A stretch of 64,000 nt of DNA from an uncultured Bacteriovoracaceae bacterium (GTDB lineage: Bacteria > Bdellovibrionota > Bacteriovoracia > Bacteriovoracales > Bacteriovoracaceae): the NCBI GenBank assembly GCA_964012805.1, contig CAXGUD010000001.1, positions 208,731-272,730 of the forward strand. The letters are read 5' to 3'. Shown here one piece after another: positions 49,451 to 58,369 of the stretch (the first letter of the stretch is position 1; each line of letters starts with the position of its first letter). The notes below the pieces were generated by a model. It did no database searches. It worked only from the letters and a program-made list of their open reading frames with translations, and was not told where the DNA came from. Made by a program: the position numbers and the translations under genes.

Positions 49451-50527
49451 GTGAAGACAAAACTTAAAGGTCTCATTTTTTTAATAGGTTACATTTGTTT
49501 ATTATTTCCTTTAGATTCTATGTCTCAAATATCATCTAAAGGAGAAAATTATAAACAGCTTATTATAAACAAGGACCACTCTGAAATTTTTTTTGAGATT
49601 GACTATCTTCTCATTTCTAAAGTCAAAGGCCGTTTTACCCAGTTTGAAGGGCAACTTGACTATAACCCAAGAAACAAAGAACTTAAGAATATTTCCGTAA
49701 AAATTAAAGCAGGTTCCATTTATACAGGCAACAAAATGAGAGACTCTCATTTAAAAAAAAATGATTTTCTTTTTGCTTCAAAGTTTCCTGATATTACTTT
49801 CAAATCCACAGAAACTAAATGGATAAAAGATAATACTTTTTCAGTGACGGGTATTCTCAAATTAAGAGGAAAATTACAAAAGGTTTCTCTTAGGACAAAC
49901 ATTTTAGGCCCTATAAAAGACCCGTGGAAAAAGGAAAGCTTTTTTGCTCGCTATTCATTCAATCTTCAAAGAAAGGATTTTTCTCTTCTCTGGAATAAAT
50001 CATTGGACAATAATAATATCCTCTTAGGAGAAACAGTTAAAATAAGCGGCGTATTCCAATTACAAACGTTAGGAAAAAAAACAGAGTCATCAACTCATAT
50101 GGTTCCAGATTCAAAGATTTTGAGACTTCGCCAAAAGGCCAATAAAAAACAAAAACTCACCACCGAAGAAGCCAAGCTTCTTAATAGGTATCAAAAATCT
50201 TTCAATGAAAAAGCAGTAACTCTCGAAAAAGAAAGCCGCAGCAACGCTACGCAAAAACATACACGGGAGCAGCTTAACAAAAGCGAAACTAAGTTTATCA
50301 AAAAGAAAATTGACTGGAAAAGAGGTACCAGCCTTCTAACTCTTTGTATTCTAGCTTTTATAGGCGCAGTTTTTTCCGCTATTTCTTTAAAAAGGTTTTT
50401 TATGATCAAAATTCTTGGGGACAATTACGATGACTCAAAGCCCTTATCTGTCATTAGCGACCTTATGGCGACAATTGTTATCGTCATTTATGCCCTCTCA
50501 GTTTATAACCTAATGAAGCCTATATGA
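49451..50527 (+). CDS. YceI-family lipid/polyisoprenoid-binding protein with C-terminal TM pair
   Basis: 'HSEIFFEIDYLLISKVKGRF', 'SIYTGNKMRDSHL...FPDITFKS', 'RKDF...WN'. Confidence 0.85.
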   Translation: MKTKLKGLIFLIGYICLLFPLDSMSQISSKGENYKQLIINKDHSEIFFEIDYLLISKVKGRFTQFEGQLDYNPRNKELKNISVKIKAGSIYTGNKMRDSHLKKNDFLFASKFPDITFKSTETKWIKDNTFSVTGILKLRGKLQKVSLRTNILGPIKDPWKKESFFARYSFNLQRKDFSLLWNKSLDNNNILLGETVKISGVFQLQTLGKKTESSTHMVPDSKILRLRQKANKKQKLTTEEAKLLNRYQKSFNEKAVTLEKESRSNATQKHTREQLNKSETKFIKKKIDWKRGTSLLTLCILAFIGAVFSAISLKRFFMIKILGDNYDDSKPLSVISDLMATIVIVIYALSVYNLMKPI

Positions 50528-50637
50528 GCTCTTGGAAAGTCATAAAAAATATGAAGACTATTAATAATTTACCTTAACTTAAAGAGATTTATTATCTAGT
50601 ATAGATGCCAGTTCTTATCATTTTTAAAGAGGTGTCA

Positions 50638-51297
50638 ATGGAAAACTCACATAAAAGAGAGCATACAAAAGCAAGAATCATTAACAAAAGCCTCGAATTT
50701 GTGAAGTCCAGAAGTCTTGAAGACTTTTCGGTGCGAGAAGTCTCCAAAGAGCTAGGTATTAATATTGCCTCAATTAATTATTATTTTTCAAACAAGGAAA
50801 ACCTTCTGGGTGAAGTTGTAAAGGCTGTATGGAAAACTTCTTCAGATAAAATAGAAAGCCTTTACCTAGAAGAACTTGAGAAAGAAAAGTGGTCATTTGT
50901 TGATTTCTTTGAAAAACTTTTCGATTACACTCATGAAATTAGCGACCTTTTAGCTTTCGTTATTAAGCACACGCTTAACTCTAATTTAAATGTCGATAGA
51001 AACTTCGTGTCTATTTATGATTCAGAATACCCAACTCCTCCAGGCACTAAGACTTATAGAAAAGTATTTATTAAAGAACTTGGTTCACATGTTCCAGAAA
51101 CTGAAATTCAAAAATGTATCCATACTTTTGCCACCTTTTTGACATTTGACAGTGCTCTTCAATACTCAAATATCATGGATAAAGACAGACATGACTTGGA
51201 TGACCACCCCATTCTAGGAAGGAAAGCAAGAAAAGAGCAATTTATAAAAATGATTAAATATCAAATTAATGGACTTAGAAAAGAGTTTCCAGCCTAA
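50638..51297 (+). CDS. TetR/AcrR-family transcriptional regulator
   Basis: HTH 'SVREVSKELGINIASINYYFSNKENL'; GAGGTG before ATG 50638. Confidence 0.9.
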   Translation: MENSHKREHTKARIINKSLEFVKSRSLEDFSVREVSKELGINIASINYYFSNKENLLGEVVKAVWKTSSDKIESLYLEELEKEKWSFVDFFEKLFDYTHEISDLLAFVIKHTLNSNLNVDRNFVSIYDSEYPTPPGTKTYRKVFIKELGSHVPETEIQKCIHTFATFLTFDSALQYSNIMDKDRHDLDDHPILGRKARKEQFIKMIKYQINGLRKEFPA

Positions 51298-51310
51298 TTT
51301 GTTTTCACTT

Positions 51311-51349
51311 AAGTTATTTGAAGAAGGAAGCCCCTCCTCCAAATAACTT
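51311..51349. terminator. bidirectional hairpin terminator between convergent genes
   Basis: AAGTTATTTG...CAAATAACTT inverted repeat with an inner stem that pairs via G-U on the minus strand. Confidence 0.6.
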
Positions 51350-51360
51350 TTTAAGTTTTT

Positions 51361-52878
51361 CTACAATTTTTTACATCTTAATTTAAAGTTTTCAATGTTT
51401 CCGGCACGCGTTCTGGGGGGAGGAAAATCGATAGACATTTTTTCAATGCTACCCTTATCTAAATTAACTTTTCCGCCATCTATGCCAAAGAAACCTTTGT
51501 TAAAAGAACCAAAGCTAACTTTTACTTGATTATTTTCGGCCTTAATAATGAGGTCGTTACGGTTTTGAAAGACTTTTATATCTTGCCTCTTATTAGAAAC
51601 CATATCAGGATATTCCATTCTAAAAGTATCTTTTTTCATTCCTTTCATTTCAACCGTACACTGGATGGGTTTTTCGATTCCAGGGTAGAGATAAGTCATA
51701 CTCATTAAGTTTTTAAAGAGTGCACCTTCTTCAACCCAAATTCCCATTCCCTCACCTTTACCAATTGTTTCACACTTCCAATCATATTTACTGCAGTCTT
51801 TCCCCCAAGTATTTCTGATAAGGTAATGGCAACGACCACCTATTTTTTTCTGCCCAATGATAATACTCGCATGCCCGCCACAAGTTTTTGGGTCCCTCGT
51901 CACCATCTGACCAGCATAACTAGGTTGGCCATGAGGCTTGGTTCCCACATACCTTTTGTTCTTTAAAAACTCACTACAATAACCTACACCAACAGGCTGA
52001 GCATCTTTTCTATTTAAAAGAGTTCTAAGGTGCTTTTTCATTGATTCTACGTTGTCCTTTCTGATCATAATATTTTTTGGATCTGGTATATTTTTACTAA
52101 GCTTATAGATATTCTTTTCATCGAGACAGTCTTTAAAAATATAATGCATAAAATTAGTTAAATTTCCATTTCTTAAATTGGCGCCAATGGTTCTGAAAAT
52201 TTTAGCGATATTCCCATCATCTCCAATTTTTCGACCAACATAATTAAACTTTCCATAGAATAATTTATCTTTGATTTGTTTATCACTCATCTTACGAAGT
52301 TGATCTGGGTTTGTTGGGAAGTTAAGAAAAAGAAGGTGAACAAGCTCTGTAAACTCTCCCTGATCAATTGAGTTTTTACCGGCATACTGATTAATCGCCT
52401 TTTGAATAACATCCTCCCTACACATCCCCATTTTCTTTATCATCTTCAAAGCGAGGTTAATATTTCCAGCATCTAAGTTCGTTTTGTTTTGGTAGGGGTT
52501 TCCCTTCTCTTGAACAATTCTTGTTAAAAGGGCGGCATAAACAGGACTCGAAACGCCCATTTTCTTGTAAGAATACTTTTTACCGGCAAACGTTTTTCCA
52601 AAAGTGTGTTGCTTTGTTTCTCTCCAGTGATCTAATAATTGGATTGCAGAATAAGCGTAGCAAATTCCAACTTGTCCCTGATCATAAAGAGGCATTTGCT
52701 TTATGTAATGATCCCACTTTCCTTTGCTAACCATTGTTTTTAAAGCAGCTGTTTTCCACTTTGAATTCTTGCTTAGATTGACATTTTTAAAGTTCAAATT
52801 TACATTGCGGCAGCTATCGTCACCAATTGCATTTAAAGAAACTAAAACCATTAAAAGCAGGATTATGCCTTTTTTCAT
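51361..52878 (-). CDS. secreted papain-like (C1) cysteine peptidase
   Basis: Signal peptide; 'DQGQVGICYAYSA' (Q..C), 'GHASIIIG' (His), 'IRNTWG' (Asn). Confidence 0.85.
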   Translation of the reverse strand: MKKGIILLLMVLVSLNAIGDDSCRNVNLNFKNVNLSKNSKWKTAALKTMVSKGKWDHYIKQMPLYDQGQVGICYAYSAIQLLDHWRETKQHTFGKTFAGKKYSYKKMGVSSPVYAALLTRIVQEKGNPYQNKTNLDAGNINLALKMIKKMGMCREDVIQKAINQYAGKNSIDQGEFTELVHLLFLNFPTNPDQLRKMSDKQIKDKLFYGKFNYVGRKIGDDGNIAKIFRTIGANLRNGNLTNFMHYIFKDCLDEKNIYKLSKNIPDPKNIMIRKDNVESMKKHLRTLLNRKDAQPVGVGYCSEFLKNKRYVGTKPHGQPSYAGQMVTRDPKTCGGHASIIIGQKKIGGRCHYLIRNTWGKDCSKYDWKCETIGKGEGMGIWVEEGALFKNLMSMTYLYPGIEKPIQCTVEMKGMKKDTFRMEYPDMVSNKRQDIKVFQNRNDLIIKAENNQVKVSFGSFNKGFFGIDGGKVNLDKGSIEKMSIDFPPPRTRAGNIENFKLRCKKL

Positions 52879-53061
52879 AAGAATTCCTCCCAAGTAAAAT
52901 ATCCTCCACTATTCTACCAAAATAAAAAAATATTACAGAATAACTTTGGAAATAAAATTTGGGATAACTTAAACAAAGTTTGACATAACCAAACAGGTAA
53001 AGATTATTTTGTTCAAGAATATTTGATTGCCTTAAAAAGGACCAAAGGTCGGACTTAGTAT

Positions 53062-54231
53062 TTAATTAAGAGAAATGAGTTTCCTCTCATAAAGATCTTC
53101 TAACAAGTCTCTTTCACTTTCTAAAAGTTCGCTATTAAACTCAACTATTTTACCCTTTGTTAAACTTTGAACAAAAGATAGGCTTGAATCATTGAGGAGG
53201 TAATCCTCTCCATTAGCAAAAAGAAGGAGTTCTTCCTTCGTATTTATATAAGCTCCACGAAATTTAGGATTTATGGAGACTTTTTGGCCATCAACCAGCT
53301 CTTCATACGGGTCATCCATCTCACCATATTCCTCCTCTTCTTCAAAATCAAAGGAATCTCTTTTATTTTCTGTTAGAACTTTTCCAAAGCTTTTAACAAA
53401 AACATCTTCATTGATAACAAGCTCTCTTAATTGCTTGAGAGCATTTTGGATCGTTTCTGGGTCTATTTCTGCGGAGTTCTCTTCCTTAGGTCTCAAGTCT
53501 GGATCTCTTAAAACATGGTCTTTACTGCCTGCCGCCTGAGAAAGGTCTGAAAGATACATCATGCTTAGCTCTTCTAATTTAGGGGCCGTTAAGCCTATTG
53601 AAAGAGTCATACACTCATCATCGATTGCCACCCCTTCGTGAACACGACCTGGCGGTAAATAAAGGATATCCCCGGGGTTTAAAATATATTCATCAAAGTC
53701 CTTTAACTTATCAACGAGCTTAAGACCTTTTTCCGTTTCAATAGTGTCGCCATCAAAATCTTCCTTACCAATCCTCCACCTCTTTTGGCCTTGGGCCTGA
53801 AAAAGAAAAACATCGTAGGAATCAACGTGGGTTCCAACGCTCCCACCTTTAGAAGAGTGGCTCACCATAATGTCATCAATCCGCCAGTGTGGTAAAAAAG
53901 AAAACGATTTAAGAAGTTCCTGTATATCAGGGTTCAAGGTGTTCATTTCGTTAATAAGAAGGGTCCAAGGCGCCTTCGATTTTTTTCTTTCATCAATAAA
54001 TTCACTATCAAAAGGGCCAAAACAACACTCCATTTCTTCATCATCTTGACCAACTTCTTCTTTAAAAACGAGCCTGGAGTGGACACCTTCCTCCTGGATT
54101 AGTTCAAAAAGATCATCAGAAGACAGAGGGTTTTGAAAATCAGGGAAAGCTTTCTCAAAAAGAGCTGGTCTTTTTTGCCAAAATGTTTGAAAAAACTCCT
54201 CTTTTGACACTTTACGAAAAATATTTTGCAA
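53062..54231 (-). CDS. JmjC/cupin-4 2OG oxygenase (RoxA/YcfD-like ribosomal protein hydroxylase)
   Basis: 'WRIDDIMVS', 'GTHVDSYDVFLFQ..G.KRWRI', 'PGDILYLPP..HEG'. Confidence 0.88.
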   Translation of the reverse strand: MQNIFRKVSKEEFFQTFWQKRPALFEKAFPDFQNPLSSDDLFELIQEEGVHSRLVFKEEVGQDDEEMECCFGPFDSEFIDERKKSKAPWTLLINEMNTLNPDIQELLKSFSFLPHWRIDDIMVSHSSKGGSVGTHVDSYDVFLFQAQGQKRWRIGKEDFDGDTIETEKGLKLVDKLKDFDEYILNPGDILYLPPGRVHEGVAIDDECMTLSIGLTAPKLEELSMMYLSDLSQAAGSKDHVLRDPDLRPKEENSAEIDPETIQNALKQLRELVINEDVFVKSFGKVLTENKRDSFDFEEEEEYGEMDDPYEELVDGQKVSINPKFRGAYINTKEELLLFANGEDYLLNDSSLSFVQSLTKGKIVEFNSELLESERDLLEDLYERKLISLN

Positions 54232-54319
54232 TTTTTCCTCCCTCTTGGTAAGTTCCGCTTGAGCTCGTATTTTAGGAGCATACCTTTCAGTTAAATAGGA
54301 TCAAAGTCAAGGGCCAAGC

Positions 54320-54862
54320 GTGGGTAAAAAATACATTGCTTTATATAAGCCATACGGTTTTGTTTCCCAGTTTACGGGAGATAAACCGGAAGAAACCTTG
54401 AGTCATTTTGACCTTCCTCCTCATGTTTATGCCGTGGGAAGACTCGATAAAGATAGCGAAGGACTCCTTCTTCTCACAGATGATGGACCTTTTAAACACA
54501 GGCTTTCTAATCCTGACTCAAAATGCCCAAAAGTATATTTGGCACAGGTTGAAGGTCTTCCGAATAAAGAGGCCTTACAAAAGATGGAAAAAGGCCTTCT
54601 TATAAAAAATTACAAAACAAAACCATGCAAAGTAAAAATCATTTCCGAACCCAACTTACCACCCAGGAACCCTCCTATCCGCTTTAGAAAGACCGTCCCC
54701 ACCACTTGGTTACAAATAACGCTTTTTGAGGGAAAAAATAGGCAGATAAGACGGATGACAGCGGCCATCGGTTACCCTACACTAAGGCTTGTCCGCCATA
54801 GCATTGATTCCTACTCTCTAGGCGAGCTAAACCCCGGTGAGTGGAAAGAAATTAAACTATAA
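54320..54862 (+). CDS. rluE: 23S rRNA pseudouridine synthase RluE-like
   Basis: 'KPYGFVSQFT', 'GRLDKDSEGLLLLT', 'PPIRFRK', 'EGKNRQIRRMTAAIGYPTLRL'; no S4 domain. Confidence 0.85.
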   Translation: MGKKYIALYKPYGFVSQFTGDKPEETLSHFDLPPHVYAVGRLDKDSEGLLLLTDDGPFKHRLSNPDSKCPKVYLAQVEGLPNKEALQKMEKGLLIKNYKTKPCKVKIISEPNLPPRNPPIRFRKTVPTTWLQITLFEGKNRQIRRMTAAIGYPTLRLVRHSIDSYSLGELNPGEWKEIKL

Positions 54863-54905
54863 ATAGATTTACGCAAGACAGATTCTAGCGAAAAGGTAAT
54901 TTTCA

Positions 54906-55787
54906 ATGCCACTAACGCTGACTGATGACAAAAAAGGTGTCTCATTTGCCATATTGGCCTACCTCACTTGGGGCCTTTCCCCCCTTTATTGGAAGTATTT
55001 GACCCACCTCCCTTTTACTGAAGTCTTTGCACATAGAGTGATATGGTCTGCCCTTTTTTGCTTTTTCCTGCTAGTCCTTAATCATAAATTCTCTCTTTTA
55101 AAAGAACTCAAACAAAAAAAATTCCTGCCTCTTTTGGCAACAACTATTCTCATCACCATTAACTGGGCCACTTACCTTTACGCAATTAATACTGAACGGC
55201 TCCTAGAAGCGAGCCTTGGTTATTTTATTAACCCCGTCTTAAATATCTTTCTAGGCTTTCTTTTATTAAAAGAAAAATTGGGAAAGCTTCAATGGATTGC
55301 GGTAATTTTGGCCTTAATGGCCGTTTTGAATGAGGTCGTCACTTTTGGGGCCCTTCCTTGGATTTCTCTTTCACTTGCTATTTCCTTTGGGCTTTATGGC
55401 CTCATTAGAAAGATTTCTCCATTAGACTCTCTTGTTTCTTTAACAATGGAATGCTTTATATTAACCCTCCCTCTCCTTATGCTTGTGGGAACCCAGTTTA
55501 TAAAAAATGAAAATACTTTTCTTGGATCCTGGACTTCATCTCTGCTTTTAATTGGAGGAGGACTTTTGACGGCCCTTCCCCTTATTTTTTTTGGACCTGC
55601 CACAAAGCTCATTAATTATTCAACCATTGGTATGATTCAATACTTGGCACCCACCCTTCATTTCTCGTTGGCGGTTTTTCTCTATAACGAGCCTTTTTCA
55701 AAGGGAAAGTTTTTGACCTTTATTCCTATTTGGCTGGCCTGTTTTCTTTATAGCTATGAGGGAATTAAAAAAAGAAAGAAAAACTAG
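54906..55787 (+). CDS. rarD: EamA-family transporter RarD
   Basis: 'WGLSPLYWK', 'AHRVIWS', 'EASLGYFINP', 'SFGLYGLIRK', 'QYLAPT'. Confidence 0.92.
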   Translation: MPLTLTDDKKGVSFAILAYLTWGLSPLYWKYLTHLPFTEVFAHRVIWSALFCFFLLVLNHKFSLLKELKQKKFLPLLATTILITINWATYLYAINTERLLEASLGYFINPVLNIFLGFLLLKEKLGKLQWIAVILALMAVLNEVVTFGALPWISLSLAISFGLYGLIRKISPLDSLVSLTMECFILTLPLLMLVGTQFIKNENTFLGSWTSSLLLIGGGLLTALPLIFFGPATKLINYSTIGMIQYLAPTLHFSLAVFLYNEPFSKGKFLTFIPIWLACFLYSYEGIKKRKKN

Positions 55788-56848
55788 TTAACCTTTTCCA
55801 ATAAGTTAATCTCTTCAAGGTCTTTCATATGCTTATGCATAATTTTAAACCATAAAGAAGGAAAGCAAGCAATGAGTATCATTGCTGGATAACCATAAGG
55901 CATTTGAGGCGAATTATCAAAGTGTCTCAAAACTTGATATTTCCTATGGGCCTGATAATGATGATCTGAATGTCTTGAAACTTCAAACAATAAAACTCTT
56001 CCAATAGGGTGATCAGAGTTCCATGAATGATGAGGTAAAACTTTTGAATAGCCTGTTTTTGTTTTTTGCCTTCGAAGACCGTAGTGTTCAATGTAATTAA
56101 CTGTTTCAAGTAATAGAATTCCAATGAAAGCCGAAACGGAAAAACATATAACGGCCTTTAACCCGTAAAAGAAAAAGATAATGCCTAAAAGGGATAGCTC
56201 CAATAGATGAAAGATAAGCATCAGGTTTGAAAAGGATAAAAAAGAACTCCTTTGCCTTTTAAGATCTACCCTCTGAATATGCCAAGCGTGAAGGTAACTT
56301 CCTGTAATACTTTTATACCAGAAATGGTAAACGTTTTCTCCCTTTTCGGCCGAAGCTGGGTCTTTGGGGGACGCTACATGCTTGTGATGACCCTTGTTAT
56401 GCTCAATGAAAAAGTGCATATAAAGACTGCTCCCAAGTAAAATTAAAGCAAAAACCCTTTCATACCACTTATTACGATGACCTAATTCATGACCGACATT
56501 TATTCCGAGGACACCGCATCCAATTCCGAAAGAAGCCGTTAAACCAACTAGCTCATATGTCGTTAAAGTACTCGCTGCTATTGTTTCTAAAAAAAAGTAT
56601 GTACAATAAATTTGAAAGGGAACAATGAGGTAAAGAAGAAGGTCAAATAAAAAATGGTCTTCGAATTTCTTTTCACTTTTTAGGGCCAAATTAATTTTAT
56701 CTGGCTTCATAACTATTTCAAGAAGGGGAATGATCCCAAAAACATAGATAACGGGAACAAAGGAATAATATCCTTTGAAGGTTAGGCACACAATGATAAT
56801 GAATGGAGTACTTAGCGCCAAAAAGTACTTAAAAAAAAGAGAGACCAT
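55784..56848 (-). CDS. alkB: alkane 1-monooxygenase (AlkB-type membrane di-iron enzyme)
   Basis: His boxes 'HELGH', 'EHNKGHH', 'NYIEHYGL', 'RHSDHH'; 'DPASA', 'HSWN', 'PQMPYGYP'. Confidence 0.88.
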   Translation of the reverse strand: MVSLFFKYFLALSTPFIIIVCLTFKGYYSFVPVIYVFGIIPLLEIVMKPDKINLALKSEKKFEDHFLFDLLLYLIVPFQIYCTYFFLETIAASTLTTYELVGLTASFGIGCGVLGINVGHELGHRNKWYERVFALILLGSSLYMHFFIEHNKGHHKHVASPKDPASAEKGENVYHFWYKSITGSYLHAWHIQRVDLKRQRSSFLSFSNLMLIFHLLELSLLGIIFFFYGLKAVICFSVSAFIGILLLETVNYIEHYGLRRQKTKTGYSKVLPHHSWNSDHPIGRVLLFEVSRHSDHHYQAHRKYQVLRHFDNSPQMPYGYPAMILIACFPSLWFKIMHKHMKDLEEINLLEKVN

Positions 56849-57031
56849 AAAAATATAATATCACTGAAGGTCAACTTCATGATCTTTGTTTAAGAAGTGT
56901 CTAATTAAGCTGCTAGAAGCTTATTCCTTGTTTGCTAGCTTTTTCCAATGAATTGTGATTCTTAATTGAGATTCAAAAGTTCTTGGATTTTTTTAAAATA
57001 AAAGGCCAAACTTTGTTAAGAAATATTAACA

Positions 57032-58099
57032 TTACGAAGCCTTCTTTGTTTCGTCCTCTCTGCCACTAAGCATAGAGTTATTTACAATTCTTTCAATATT
57101 TGAATCCATAATCTTAGATGTTAATTCCCTGGCAAGAGGAAGATTTGAAAAAATAAATCCCACTCTTGTGTAATTCTCACCACCGATTGGCCCATAATTG
57201 ATTGCGTACTTAATCTTTCCATCAAGCTTTATAACCTTCCTAGATATCCGGTCAAACAAATCGATCTCATACTTCTCCACCCTCGTAATGTCATCTTTTA
57301 AGGAGCTGGGGATTAAAAAAGAAACCCCCTCGTGAGAAAGGTCTAATGTCAAAACATCATATGTCTTATCGTTTTCAGAAATAATGGATAAAGACCTGAA
57401 TTCTTTTCTAATTCCTCTTCTAAAACGATAAATCTGAAGAGCGTAACCGAAAGACGCATAGGTGCACATTACAAAAAATATCATTTCCGGGTCGTGGACG
57501 GCATGAGGTGAAAGGTGTTTAACCTCAGAAATTCCCAAAAAACTAAGTAGAAAAAATAAAATCATTCCCACAAAAAAGTATTTTTTTTCCAAGCTTAAAT
57601 TCTTACCATATTTAAAAGGCCTTGCCGTCATAAAAGAAAAAGGAATCTTTTTGTTTAAAAGAGAATCAACTCCCAACAAGGCTCCTGTGTCCATCAAAAG
57701 AAGTTCAACTTGAATAATAATATAAAAGGCAGAAGGTAATGTTTTTTCCATAAGGATAAAATTTAAATTCATGAATATAGCAATCAAGAGGCTAATATTA
57801 GTTAATGTCCCGGTAAAAATTGAAACACCAACCAGAAACTGCCCGAAGGAAACTAAGTTTGCAAAAATAGCTGCTTGAGGAATAAATAAATTATCAATTA
57901 AAACATTATATATTGGAGAAAATGTTTCATTAGCATTAAGGAATTTAATGAGGGTCTCTCCTGATGACCATTTGGGATCTAAAAACTTTTCAACCCCGGC
58001 CCTCACCCAACCAATCCCCATAAAAAGTCTTAAGGGAACTAGTAGAAAGCCAATTTTAGCGAAATCATCAAAAAACCTTCTTTTAAAATAAAAAAACAT
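57032..58099 (-). CDS. DoxX/DoxD-like membrane protein fused to a C-terminal PilZ domain
   Basis: N-terminal 'LRLFMGIGWVRAGVEK...GQFLVG...FMNLNF...GVD'; C-terminal 'RKEFR' (RxxxR) and 'DLSHEG' (DxSxxG). Confidence 0.75.
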   Translation of the reverse strand: MFFYFKRRFFDDFAKIGFLLVPLRLFMGIGWVRAGVEKFLDPKWSSGETLIKFLNANETFSPIYNVLIDNLFIPQAAIFANLVSFGQFLVGVSIFTGTLTNISLLIAIFMNLNFILMEKTLPSAFYIIIQVELLLMDTGALLGVDSLLNKKIPFSFMTARPFKYGKNLSLEKKYFFVGMILFFLLSFLGISEVKHLSPHAVHDPEMIFFVMCTYASFGYALQIYRFRRGIRKEFRSLSIISENDKTYDVLTLDLSHEGVSFLIPSSLKDDITRVEKYEIDLFDRISRKVIKLDGKIKYAINYGPIGGENYTRVGFIFSNLPLARELTSKIMDSNIERIVNNSMLSGREDETKKAS

Positions 58100-58369
58100 T
58101 TTTACCTCGCATAGAGTATAAAGCCTTTTTTAATTTCTTTTTTTTAAAATTATGTTTTTGTATAATTTTTTTTACGATTGGGGTTCTCATTACATTAAAT
58201 TTTAGTTAATTATGATGTATTTTAAGGAATCAAATAATTTATATTTTTTTACTAAAGTCTTTTTTTTTATCTTTTATTTTGATATTTGTTTTTAATCGGC
58301 AAAACGTTTTTTTCCGCCTATTGCTCGGTGATAAGGCTTATAATAAACCAGTCATTTGAGAGAAAAGTT

